Assembly: GCA_030324005.1 (NCBI GenBank)
Contig: JARDVH010000154.1
Span: forward strand, 4,128,362-4,192,361
DNA length: 64,000 nt
From: Negaprion brevirostris
Taxonomy: Eukaryota
Direction: 5' to 3'
A model generated the notes under the pieces. That model was given only the letters and a program-made list of their open reading frames with translations, made no database searches and was not told where the DNA came from. Position numbers and translations under genes: made by a program. Below, in pieces: positions 26,662 through 37,989 of this stretch; the first letter of the stretch is position 1; the number at the start of each line of letters is the position of its first letter.

Positions 26662-26909
26662 TTAGGGTGTGTTGGTTTTTACTTTCGCGATGACTTTCTT
26701 TTCCTTAACTCTCCTGTTCTGAAACCAGATGGTGATCTGCCGTTCGCTCAGGTTCGTAGCCGCCGAGATCTTCCTCCTCTTGTCTTTCGTGATGAATTTA
26801 TTTGTTGCATATTCCCTCTCCAGTTCTTTCAGTTGGACTTTGGTGTAAGGAATCCTTTTCTTCCTTCCGCGCCGAAAGGAGCTTCCATCCTGTTGGTGAA
26901 CTGCAACAT
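26662..26909 (-). CDS. hoxb13: HoxB13 coding exon 2 (homeobox, 248 nt)
   Basis: Acceptor ...CACAGCAG|ATGTT at 26910/26909; homeodomain; stop TAA at 26664-26662. Confidence 0.95.
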
Positions 26910-28117
26910 CTGCTGTGTGTGACCGTACACACCGCGCCAAAAACACAACAGAAAAACACATCAGGGAAATGCAGCATTGGAAAAGAATGCAGAAATATTA
27001 ATTAAACAACACGGTTANNNNNNNNNNNNNNNNNNNNNNNNNNNNNNNNNNNNNNNNNNNNNNNNNNNNNNNNNNNNNNNNNNNNNNNNNNNNNNNNNNN
27101 NNNNNNNNNNNNNNNNNGTCAACAATTTCAGTATCCAAAAGAGGTGTATTTAACTGAAAGGATGCTGCAAACGCCAGCAGCCTAACACTGCAACATGTGT
27201 GTAACATTCTAAGACGGAAAACAATGTAACAATAATGAAGTTAACATTATATTCCTACTGAAAGCCTTGCACCGGAAACGAAAAGTAAAACTGTGCATTT
27301 TTGAGCTTGTTCTAAATTACAGCATATTGCCAGAAATAAATTATTTGCAATCAATTGCATGGGTTCAAAATGTTTCCAATATACTTATTTAATCGGAGTT
27401 TGCAATTATAGGGAGTTTGGAATTATAGGGAGGAATTCATCTGTTACCTGCCAGTGTGGATTTCCAGAGATGTCCCGACTGTGCCTGCTCCTTAGAACAG
27501 CACATCTGGCTATTCCACCCATTAAGGGCCCAGGGCTGGTAGCCTTCCATAGGTAACAAGGCTTCATGCCTCGGCTCCCCTGCGCCACTGATAGTTTGGA
27601 CTACGGAAACGTCCAGATAACTTGGCATTGGTTGGTAGGCACTCGCATAGCCGTGGTAGAAAGCGAATTCCTTCGGCCGGCCTGGGTATTCATCAGTGGG
27701 GACAGGACTGTCCATATACTTGTCTCCTGGGTAACTAGACAGGGCGGCAGGCTGGGTACAAGGTTTGATTGAACTTCGACCCATTCGACAGGAGTAGTAG
27801 CCGCTGCCGAAATATCCATACGGTAGAGGGGCAGCGGTGGAGGCCTGTGGCATTGGACATGGGGTGCATTGCTTGCCAGGTTCCACTACCCCAGAGCCGT
27901 CGACTGTCGAGTAGCCAGAGCCGTGAACCAAAGGTGATGGATGAGCCCCGAGTGCAGAATGAGCCATCAAATTCCTGCACTGATTTGCAGAGAAATTGCC
28001 AGCACCTACAAATCCTTCCATTACCCCGTTATTCTTACTAATCTCATCCGAGTTGCTTTCATACAGGAACATCACACTGTCGACCCAGCGAGGTTTCAGA
28101 AGCAGTGACACTGTCAT
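26662..28117 (-). CDS. hoxb13: Homeobox protein Hox-B13, two exons: join(28117..27448, 26909..26662), 918 nt, 305 aa
   Basis: Exon 1 has Hox13 N-terminal motifs ([68 protein letters not shown]). Exon 2 homeodomain [66 protein letters not shown] has B13-type residues ([33 protein letters not shown]). A phase-1 GT-AG intron joins the exons in frame (WKSTLA-D-VAVH). Confidence 0.95.
26910..27447 (-). other. HoxB13 intron (contains a 100-N gap)
   Basis: GT...AG boundaries, pyrimidine-rich TTTTCTGTTGTGTTTTT tract upstream of the acceptor, phase 1 as typical of Hox13 genes. Confidence 0.9.
27448..28117 (-). CDS. hoxb13: HoxB13 coding exon 1 (670 nt)
   Basis: ATG at 28117; the ORF runs to donor CAG|GTAAC at 27448/27447. 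Confidence 0.95.
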
Positions 28118-28131
28118 ATCACGTTCAGCAT
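28114..28131 (-). other. upstream ORF MLNVI* whose TGA overlaps the HoxB13 ATG (ATGA)
   Basis: Minus strand reads ATG CTG AAC GTG ATA TGA; the main ORF starts at the last A of the ATA codon (AT-ATG-ACA). Confidence 0.5.
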
Positions 28132-28194
28132 TGGGTCTATAGTTTCTTTTAAGAGACGCAGAACTGAGAGCGTTACCGAATTTCTCCCAGCTAT

Positions 28195-28262
28195 CTGCAC
28201 TGACGCATAAACCCGGGTTAAAAAAACACGCCCGCCGATTGGCTGCTCGCGAATCACGTGTT
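28195..28262 (-). promoter_or_regulatory. HoxB13 proximal promoter: E-box CACGTG (28255-28260), CCAAT (28238-28242), GC-box-like CCCGCC, palindrome AACCCGGGTT, CRE-like TGACGCA
   Basis: Motifs read directly, 80-145 nt upstream of the ATG in a CpG-containing patch. The TSS is not determinable from sequence. Confidence 0.6.
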
Positions 28263-30232
28263 ATGCAAACACTGATAATAAACCTTCCTGCAGAATTGGC
28301 AGAAAAGAAAGGTTCATTGCGAAATAGAAATTATTAAAGGCACGCGTTAAAATGTCCAATTGTTGCAACTGTAGAAAGTAAGGGGTTTGCAATGGACACT
28401 GAACACTCTGCACAGCGTCAGTTCAAACAAAACAATGTCATGTTTTAACACATGAACCAAATCAAAGTAATTGCAGCATCTGGTTGCGTTCGTCGATCAG
28501 GGAGTTTCTTCGCTAAGTCTTTTGCATTAGACAGAGTTATGCATGGATATTTTAAAAAGTTGCTTCTAATTGTCAGAAAAATCGAATGTGAAACCTGAAG
28601 GGAAGTGGGTTGCAGCCGCCAGTAATACTTGTGTTTTTTAAAGCAGATTTGTTGGCTGGCATTTTACAGGCAGGTCAGTAGTTGTATTTTGCAATTGCTA
28701 TAAGAATGGTTGGTTAGTTATTATCTGTCCGGGATACCAAACCTAAACAATTATGAGAAGGTATTTCTTTAAAAAGCATTGAAAGTTAAAATCACATTAA
28801 CCAACTCTTCATTCTATACTTGGAACCCATTCTTTCAGACGATACGTGAGCATGTGTGGAAACATCTAACAAAAATAGCATCACCTTCCATTGAATGTAC
28901 AACACGTCAATAAACCACACACACATAGGTTGGCACACCTTCATAAACCTCTTTGAACAACATTTTGTCTATTCTGTCACATTTGGATATTTGGAGTCAA
29001 ACAAAATAAATAATATTACATGATAAATTCGAGTCAAAACCCTCCTAAAGAGTTAACGTTAACTGTACGTTATCCACATATCAAATATATCTAATAGCCT
29101 AAATCGAAATGGCTTTGCCACATGGCGCTTTGCTAAGAATTAACAATTCTTATGCGATTTGTCAGTTATGATCTATCACAGTACTGAGAAAATGTGTATT
29201 CTTCAGTGTGGAATTCTATTATCATTACCCCGTGCTCTTTTTACCTCGGATAATACCGCGCAATTCCCCATACATTTACTAAAAGTCAATTTCCCTTATT
29301 AAAGTCTTAGTAATTGACAAAGATTTATATCGGGGTTTGATATACCACAACAGGAATTTGCCTTACGTTTGCGGTCGCTCTTATTGTGAGCGTCTTATTG
29401 GTAATTATTTACCCAAACATCGTAAAGATTTATTCAGGTATTATTCTCTGGTTTTATTTTCAAATTGTGCATTTTGTTTCACACTAGAACTGTCCAAAGC
29501 ACAGCCGCATTCCCCTTTCTCAGACAATCCCCTAATGCTAAATATTTTCCAAAGTTCATTTTTATTTGGTGCCGAATGATTTGAAACTCGCATGTTTCTG
29601 AAATTTCTTAGTTTTTAAATAACTCTAATTCAGATTCCAAGTTCAACAGGACTGAAGTGTAGACATAGATGGCTCTGCTTTCTGTATCAGGCTGCAGAAC
29701 AGTGTTTCAACTGCATGTGTGAGGCAGGAGTAAGATTTGTTATATTAAACGTGCTTTATAGACACAAGCAGCTATTATTGTTATTTGCAAATTGTGGGCG
29801 AAGCTACCACTTAAAAGTGGTTTGATACGGTTTGAATGCAAGCCCACGTGAACATAAAGTTCCATATTAATTAAGAAATATCCTGCGATTGACGCTCATA
29901 AATCTCTTCCTGATTTTAAAAGCTCCAACATTGTGTTATGTACTAGTCGATCCAAACAAGATATCGCATTCCGAAAGACAAGAGCGATATGTTTTTGTTA
30001 ATTCCTCTCTCAATGAGCACCGTGGCAATAACATGTTGAGAGTGATGTGGCGACATGGGAAGTGCAGTGAAGACTGATCCTTGCTTATTTGTAAATTCCC
30101 AGGATTATTATCAACTTTGAAAGTATAACAAACTAAACTTTCTTTGCTTTTTAAAGAACAAAGTGTAAATTTGGGCGTAAACTGAAAATTAACTTCTGAA
30201 AATAAAAACAGCTGCTTTATCAACGGCCATTT

Positions 30233-30251
30233 GCTGCAGTTGGTGGCGCCC
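30233..30251 (+). promoter_or_regulatory. possible CTCF motif upstream of HoxB13
   Basis: GCAGTTGGTGGCGC has two mismatches to CCASYAGRKGGCRS. Confidence 0.3.
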
Positions 30252-31460
30252 GCATTGCTATAAAACCGATGAAAACTCCGAATAGAAAACATTGGTCAGA
30301 AAGTTAATACCAATGTTACACAAAGCGAACTGGTCAATCAAGCGATTCATCTCAAAATGTTATTTTTATCAGTAGGATTCATCGACGGACTAATAAATTA
30401 TAGATCACCAAGCGATGGGATTTAAATTTCAAATGCCATTAAGATAGAATCCAAAGAGCCTGGGAAATGGTTAGGCGCTATAGAGATGCAAGTCCGTTCC
30501 CATGTTCCATCTAAAGCCGCCAGGAGACAAACGCTTAAGCGGTATGTCACAATTCCTACGTATTTGAACAACATTTGATAACAAATATCAGATCTTTAGT
30601 CATTTGTCCCAATCATAGTCAGTCTATCAAATGAACTCCCCATCAAAATAATTCAAATGAAAGTGAACGTGTGCGAAGAACCATCTCTGTAGCACAATAA
30701 ATCCCTTCAGGGAAGAAAGGAGCACAAAACACCAAACATATTTACAAATAAACAATACATGTCGGAAACACTATGCCTAGCGAAATTCAGATTTCCTATA
30801 ATAATTTTCATTTGGTCCAAGCTACCCTCTTTAGATGGTAAGCTATTAACAACACCTTTTCCTACCGATCCCTCTTTCTGTTTATGAAAACTCAAGTGAA
30901 AAGATTATTTTTACTGCCTACTTAATTGTGCGAACAATGTTTTAAAAGTATTAAACAATACACAAGTGATGTGTTAACGTTTTTATGTGCGACTAATAGC
31001 AGATGTCTGTTTTCCAATATTACACCAAAATTTCACAATAAGGCGGGATGATAGGAAATTTATAAACGACATCTAAACAATTCTATTAGCAATTAAATAT
31101 TTGTCAGTCATCATATACCATGGAACAACATTACTATTTGTTTAAAGAGCAGTTAATTGTCGTCGAGTATAACTTACAAATAAAAATAAATGTTAGCTAA
31201 CCAGGCTTCCTATCAATTTGAAATTTGATTTTTCTTTAAATGCCTATAACCATTAGTTGTTTATTTGCATTTAACGCTTCTGATGTGAAGAGAGCAGCAT
31301 TTCAATTTTTATCAATTCGCTTGAGCCTGGGTTTTGAGTAAAGTCTTGGTACAGAAAAGCTCTGGGTCGGTGTTCGAGGGAGGGGAAGATGTGCCGAGGA
31401 CGAGACACAAGCAATTAAGGAAGAGTCAGCCTTTTTTACATACGAGTTAGACACGGCTGA

Positions 31461-31478
31461 AGGCCAAGGTCAAGGTGA
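31461..31478 (+). promoter_or_regulatory. triple DR0-like nuclear-receptor element
   Basis: AGGCCA-AGGTCA-AGGTGA in non-repeat DNA 3.3 kb upstream of HoxB13. Confidence 0.45.
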
Positions 31479-33679
31479 AAGTTAAGAGTCTAGCCGCTCA
31501 GAAAGCTGTCATTCAAGTGCTTTTCCTTCCAGTCTGAGTCCCATCAAAACAAAACCCCTGATCGCTTCACTGCTTCCTTTATTCGTTGAGAAAAGCATTC
31601 GGAAGCTAATACTCCTTAAGCAACGCAGTTCACAAGACGGTGTGAGACATATTAATTAATTTAAAGAAAAAAAAACTGGTTTCGAAGAGATTCCAAGTAA
31701 TATCACAGAACTTTTGCAGCTGACTTTAGTAGATCAACAACTGTTGGCTAAATAATTTGAGATACCCACATAAAAGTTCATTTTGCACGTGTTTTCCTAA
31801 CAAAAACTGACATCAAATTTATTCACATATGGTATCACTTTAGTATATTGTAATTATACCTTTATTTTAAACTCCGATAACCTAACAAAATATTTATATT
31901 ACGATCAAGCACAACTGTATGAAATGCCATTCAATGTGGGATTGCATGTATCTGGACCCAATGATAACAAAATCTCGGGAAAAAAATGGTCAGTCACTAC
32001 TTGAGATCAGTAAAGAGTTTTAATGAACCTTCATTTATTTACATTTACTGTTGTGTACAAAACACAGCTTTGTACACACATTTAATTTTTAAAAGCCGCA
32101 GAGATATACAAAAGCTGCAGCCGCAGTACAAACACACTGGTTGCTCCCCGTATGGTCACTGGGCCTTGATTTGTTTAGAGGTGTTGGATCTCGTGCTGTG
32201 TCCACACTAAAGTTATATAGCAGCTCGTTTCTGTCTCCCCGAGGTATCTGAATATTGAAAACTATTCGAGGAAGTAGAGTTAATTTAAATTCAAATTATT
32301 GAAATGTTACCATGCCACTACAATCGCTGGCAAAATATCTTAGCTTATTTGCTTCGAAATATTACATATACACAAAAATTCAGGCTTAGTTTCAATGGTG
32401 GTTATTTATATGAAATAGTTTCCACCAAAGGGCGGCGCATAGATTCAATATTATTCATGAATCAAAGAAATGACAACACGGTTCGACATGGCGAGAAGTT
32501 ATTTCCAATAACTTGCTTCTTTTGTCTATTAAAATATTATTTAAGTCTTTTTAATTCGAAAAAATGCATACTTTCACAAGCCGAGCTGATAATATTACAT
32601 TATTTGCATGAAAATGGTTTTATATTTTCCTCCAAGACTATTTTCTTGCGAGACTTGCATGGTGCTTTTTGTGGGGATTGGTGGAGTGAAGGGCCCATAA
32701 GCATTCGAAGAAAGGCTACGGCGAAATTACGAAGAATGAGAGACTCCAGTGTCCGAGAGAGAAAAAAACAAACACAGGAAAGGGAAGAGTCATCCTAACC
32801 ATGCTCCGGCACCTCGCATGCGTTTGCTTTGCGCGTCTTCTGCAGGATTTGCCCTTACTCTCGCCGGCGCTTTAATCAGTGATCCGGACAAAGACTTGTG
32901 GATGTTTACGGCGTAATAGTAATTTCAACCTCACTCTCAGCCCTACTCCGTTAAAAATTTATTTCTCACCAGAAAACGTGCATAATTTAAGATATTGTGT
33001 TAAAAGAGTTCGTTTTTTTTAAAGGAAATACGTCCGGAATTGGTAAATTGTTACTTTGGAAATGGAATTATACGCCTCCGTTGCCATTCCTTGCGAGTAG
33101 TCGTTTTAGGTCACTTTACAACGAATGTGGCGCGTACTTTCACATTTAGACCATCGGTAAGTATGGAAGTGAGTATATCCGAGGTAGAGTCGTCCTCCTC
33201 CCTCTGGGTAGTTGCAAGATGACCCAACTGAAAGGTATCTCAGAGTGGGGGGCACTTCCGGGACCTCTCCACGCTGTAAAAATGCAAAAAATGTTAATAT
33301 TAGACAAAATACTTCAAAAGTTATTTAAAGTTAATTAACCTCACGAACTCGAAAATAATTTTAGCTGTACTTAAATATATTCCGTTCACATTGTTCCGTG
33401 TGTTTTCTGCATTTACAATAATTGGGTCCCCATCAGCATCTTTAATAAAAGCTGAATAACCCAAAAAGACGAATCTCCCTTTTACCATTGCGGTGTTTAG
33501 ACTTTTCTCTTGCAGTAATAACCCCGTCTGCATTGGTATTTCCGTGTTATCTATAAAAGAAAGTCCATAAATAAAACAATTAAGAATTACTGGTTACTTT
33601 TTAAAAAAAATACTGCACTCATATATTTTATCCACCAGTTTTTGGTATTATGAACATACGGCATTGTATTTAAAGTAAA

Positions 33680-34195
33680 AACAAAAAATGCCAGAAAAAC
33701 TCAGCAGGTCAGACAGCATCTTTGAAGAGAGAAAATGGAGTTAACGTTTCGAGTCCGTATCTTCAGAGCATTGTATGTAACATTTTTTCTATGGGGTTGA
33801 ATACATTCAATTAAAGTAAGCAATGAAGTAGAAATATCGTCAACCTCGCGAAAGAGACCTGGGAGAGAATTGACCATTTTGCGGATATACATTTGGGATA
33901 TATTAACCATCCGAAAACTCATGCGATCCATCTCTCTAATGGATACATCGCTCAAGGACTTTACTAATCAATTTACTCTTTCTTCTGAGTTGGTGCAGAA
34001 TAGCATGCTTATACATGATGTTATTTCTTTGACAATTAAATAGCTTCTGTGTGAATTCCCTTCTCGAATTCTCACCATTAACGACCAATGCGGTCAATCT
34101 CGCAAATCGCTCAAACATCGATTAGTGGCTATTTTCCCTCTCCACAGTTGCTGGCAGACCTATTGAGTTTTTCCAGCATTTTATGTCTTTGTTGT
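33680..34195. mobile_element. Penelope-like element with inverted terminal repeats (33680-33770 and 34125-34195)
   Basis: AAAAACTCAGCAGGTCAGACAGCATC... and its reverse complement GTTGCTGGCAGACCTATTGAGTTTTTCCAGCATTTT. Confidence 0.55.
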
Positions 34196-34789
34196 CGTAG
34201 CTATTCCTGATTGAAAATGGCAAACGTTGATTTCATATCGCATAAAAATATCTTTTTGTTTCTATAAACTACCTCTGTACAGTCGAATTTGCGTACGAAA
34301 CATTTACGATATTTACACAGGATACACGGGTCAAATATACTGATGCACAATTCTACACGTGCAAAGGAAAATGAAAAAGTATAAAACAAGAAAGAGTAAC
34401 AATGCTGTAAATACAAAACTAACATAGATTGCTGATTACGGACAATGAGCCACTCAGCACCAGAAAACGAGAAAAAAGTCAACTTTTCTGCTGTGGGCTC
34501 TGGGTCAGAATGGTGCAATTAAATTTTCCTTTTCTTTTAATTTTCCTATTCAGATCTAAATACCTGTTGAAAGTTTGTGTGATATAATTAATATACAATT
34601 CTTGCGTTTGTCCATTAACAAGGGTATTTTTGATTTAATGACAAATAATAGCCACATATCACGAATAACCAGGAAAGATTAACGCCAAATGATTTTCCAT
34701 CAACTGGGAAAATAAGGCAGCTATGAGGAGATTGTTTTTCTGTCAGTGAATCATAAATCTTTGGAACTTTCTTCCTCAAAAGTCAGTGA

Positions 34790-34980
34790 AAGCAGAGTCT
34801 CCAAATCATTTGAAGGAGGAGTTGGATAGATTCCTGTGAAGAAGGAGTTGGATAGATTTCTGGTAAGCAAATGGGTGAAGGTTATCAGAGGTAGGCGGGA
34901 AAGTGATGTTGACCCTACATTCAGATTAACCATAATCTTATTGAATAGCAGAACAGGCCTGAGGAACTGAGTGGCTTCAT
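34790..34980 (+). mobile_element. CR1 3' end fragment
   Basis: GGAGTTGGATAGATTTCTGGTAAGCAA..GGTTATC..ATCTTATTGAATAGCAGAACAGGCCTGAGG. Confidence 0.7.
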
Positions 34981-35606
34981 ATGTTGTATTGAAGGGGAGG
35001 GAGAGAACAGGGTGAGAGTTATATGTTATTGTTTTTATATGGTTTTTTTCAACCTCATGTTACTCCAAAATGAATGCATCGCTTCCTTGCTCCTCAACCA
35101 AGGTATTCACTTATTGTTTTCCAACAATTCAAAGTATCTGTCAGCAAAAAATAATTCTCATTTGGGCTTTAATTGGGGAATAATTTGGGCAGTAACATGT
35201 GGCTGCCATTTGAAGAGCTATATGGACAGGATCACTGACCAATTGCAGGATGATGAAATTAAGCACAGTAACTCTTAATCGACCAGTGTTGTCACGATGG
35301 GCTAAATGGCCTCCTTCAGTGTCGTAAATTTTCGATGATTTTTGATAAGGTAAATGTGTCGTCCTTAAACAGTCCACAAGTCTCATGTTTCCACTTTATT
35401 CGCGCTGTAGAGAATGTCCAATATTTCGGGATTATGTCATCCAATTTTACATTAACTGGAGTTAGAATCAAAACAGAAAATGATTTTCATCTACCCAATC
35501 GCATCAAGGGGTGAATATTGGAATGACGCTCATTAACACACGAATGATTCTTTTCAGCATTTGAGAAACAGAGGTTACAGCATAAAGCTGTCATGGAATA
35601 TAAATA

Positions 35607-35850
35607 GAGCGACACAGAGAGAGAGAATGAAAGAGACAGATTGAAATAGCAACGGAGACGGAGGGAGAGAAAGTCATTCAGACTGGGGTGGCGGTGGGGA
35701 TTGCACAGAGATCGAGGCAGAAAGCGACAGAAACAGTCAAACAGTGACAGATAATCAGACGAACGGAGAGGTGGGAGCAGAGAAAGGAAATCAGAGACAG
35801 AAAGATAGAAATACAAACACAGAAGGATAGAGAGAAAAAAAGATAAATAA
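35607..35850. repeat. degenerate (GA/GACA)n microsatellite
   Basis: Purine-rich AGAG/GACAGA array. Confidence 0.7.
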
Positions 35851-35959
35851 AGCCTGGAATGAACCGTTCCAGCTTAATTATTCTCGAATGAGTAAATACG
35901 TCATGTTGTGCAATGCTCCAATCAAACCGTAAACAGGTTCAGGAGCAGGCAACGCTTCC

Positions 35960-35975
35960 TGACCTTGAACTTGAC
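35960..35975 (-). promoter_or_regulatory. DR0 nuclear-receptor element (NR6A1/GCNF-type)
   Basis: Minus strand GTCA-AGTTCA-AGGTCA; perfect DR0 at 35960-35971. Confidence 0.55.
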
Positions 35976-37989
35976 ACCATTAGGCCGCGGCTTTGTCGCA
36001 CTGTCGTTGGACTACGGGATATATAGCGAAATTAGAATGAATGAATATTTGAATATGTTGATGCGAAATATGCGTAATATACGCACTTAATTCACTAAAA
36101 TGAGATTAAAGCAATAGATCAGAGATGCATTTAAGGATATATTTCCCACAAAATGAACTTGGAGTTTTGAAACCGGAATTCTGTCACAGACTGTTGAAGT
36201 ATTGAATCAAACATCAAAGAAACCGTCACATTGAAGGCCCTTTCCTGAACGCACATTCAAAGGTTTTACAATTCCTACTTATTTAAGTTCTGCTTGTGTG
36301 TGCTTTCTTCACAGATGGGGTCTTGCAATGGGCAGGGCTTACAATTTATGTTTGTTTTTTATCATGCTGGATCCCCTTATTTTAAAACAAAACCTGTTTG
36401 TTATCTTGAGTGTGGAAGTTTGTTGTCGGGTAAGTGAAAAATGTATCCCTGTTGTCCCACAAATAACGTTATCTCCTCAATCTATATACACTTATAGTTC
36501 TTCCAATCTATACTCTTATAGACTGTAGGGCTCATTTCCTGTAGCACACTGACTGTTTATAAGAAATTTCGTCAGATCATCTCCCAAATGGTTTATCACA
36601 GTTTTAAACAAATTTTCTCGAATCTGACCATGTAGAAAGGATATATTTAGGAATCTGAACCTGAAGCTTTGATTCCTTTGGTCTTTAGTACAAACTCATA
36701 CTGTTCCGATATTGAACTTTAATGCCCCAGTCTGTCAGAGTATTAGGCTGCAAGCGTGGATCGTTTGATGTGAACAAAATCACCCTGCTGCTGTGTTCCT
36801 ATAAGCTTTTACTTAAGGACATACAATTATATACACGAGGAGAAAACACATTCAATTAAATAATTTAAAAGTTGCAGCAACAACACAAAACTTTGGCCTG
36901 TAGTTATTGTATATAAAAATATATGTACTTATAAATTAGATGGCCTTGAAGTATTTCTGCAACTATCCGTATATAAAAGATTCACTTTAGTAATAGTGAA
37001 ATATTGACAGGTAGAAGTACTTAGCGACGTGATGATCATGCTATGAATTCGCACAAGGTATTCATTAACAAATACAAAAATTTAAAACTGCAGCATGGAT
37101 GTTTACGTGTGCACAATAATCGTTTAGATTATATGGTACCGGACCAACTGATTACTATAAAATTCCTGTTAAATCAATCTACATTTTTGTCTGGATCCGG
37201 ACATTGTTATAACCACCCGCTGCCTTAAATTAAATAACAGATTTTTTATGATGCTCTGTGCAAACGTTTGGAATTTCGAGTATGGGACTGATTTATTTAT
37301 TACTGTATATCCTGCTCATCTGGGAAGTGATATCCTGTAGGTATTGTTTATGTGGTGGAATTCATTTCACTTACATTACCTTTCATTTGTATTTTAAACA
37401 CACAGAGCATGCCTTGATGCAAATATCCGCCAGTATTATCGCTGATTTTGTTTAAAGATGAAAACAATCTTGGCGTTGGGTGCAAAGTTGCTTTGGGGTT
37501 TATTGTTTTCTAATAGAACAATCCTTGTAGACAATTAAAACATTTTGGTACAAATTTTTGAATCTATTCCGAGAGTGCGAATTTTATTTTCGCTGTTAAA
37601 AAGAAATGTAGGGATTTTAGTGCAGACCAAATGGAAATAAAAATGTCGCTTAAAAATAAAACACGGTTGCTATCATGCCAGTAAAAGACTATTCTGTCCT
37701 GACTAAGTTTAATACTTTTGTCTGGACATATTCGCCTTTAACAAACTTATTTATATGCTGATCGATTTATTACCGTTCCACAAAGTAGTTTTCAAATGGC
37801 AGATTTGGAAATTATTTTAAAAGTATTACTTATTCTTGATCTTAAATAGTAGAGCAATGGATTTATCAGTTAGGCAATCTGCAATTGCAGAGTCTTGGTA
37901 TTAGGTTTAATTCGTCAACTTTACAGCAGAAAATATTGAATGTTAGCCAGAATTTATGTAGCATCGTATCTCATCTGACAGAAACGCTT

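Noticed and set aside
32052-32078. 10-bp inverted repeat TGTGTACAAA/TTTGTACACA (also a 9-bp one at 20020-20042)
   Set aside because: Short stems are expected by chance in 64 kb of AT-rich DNA and are too short for a pre-miRNA.
32304-32798. 164-aa + strand ORF
   Set aside because: No recognisable domain; composition typical of AT-rich non-coding DNA.
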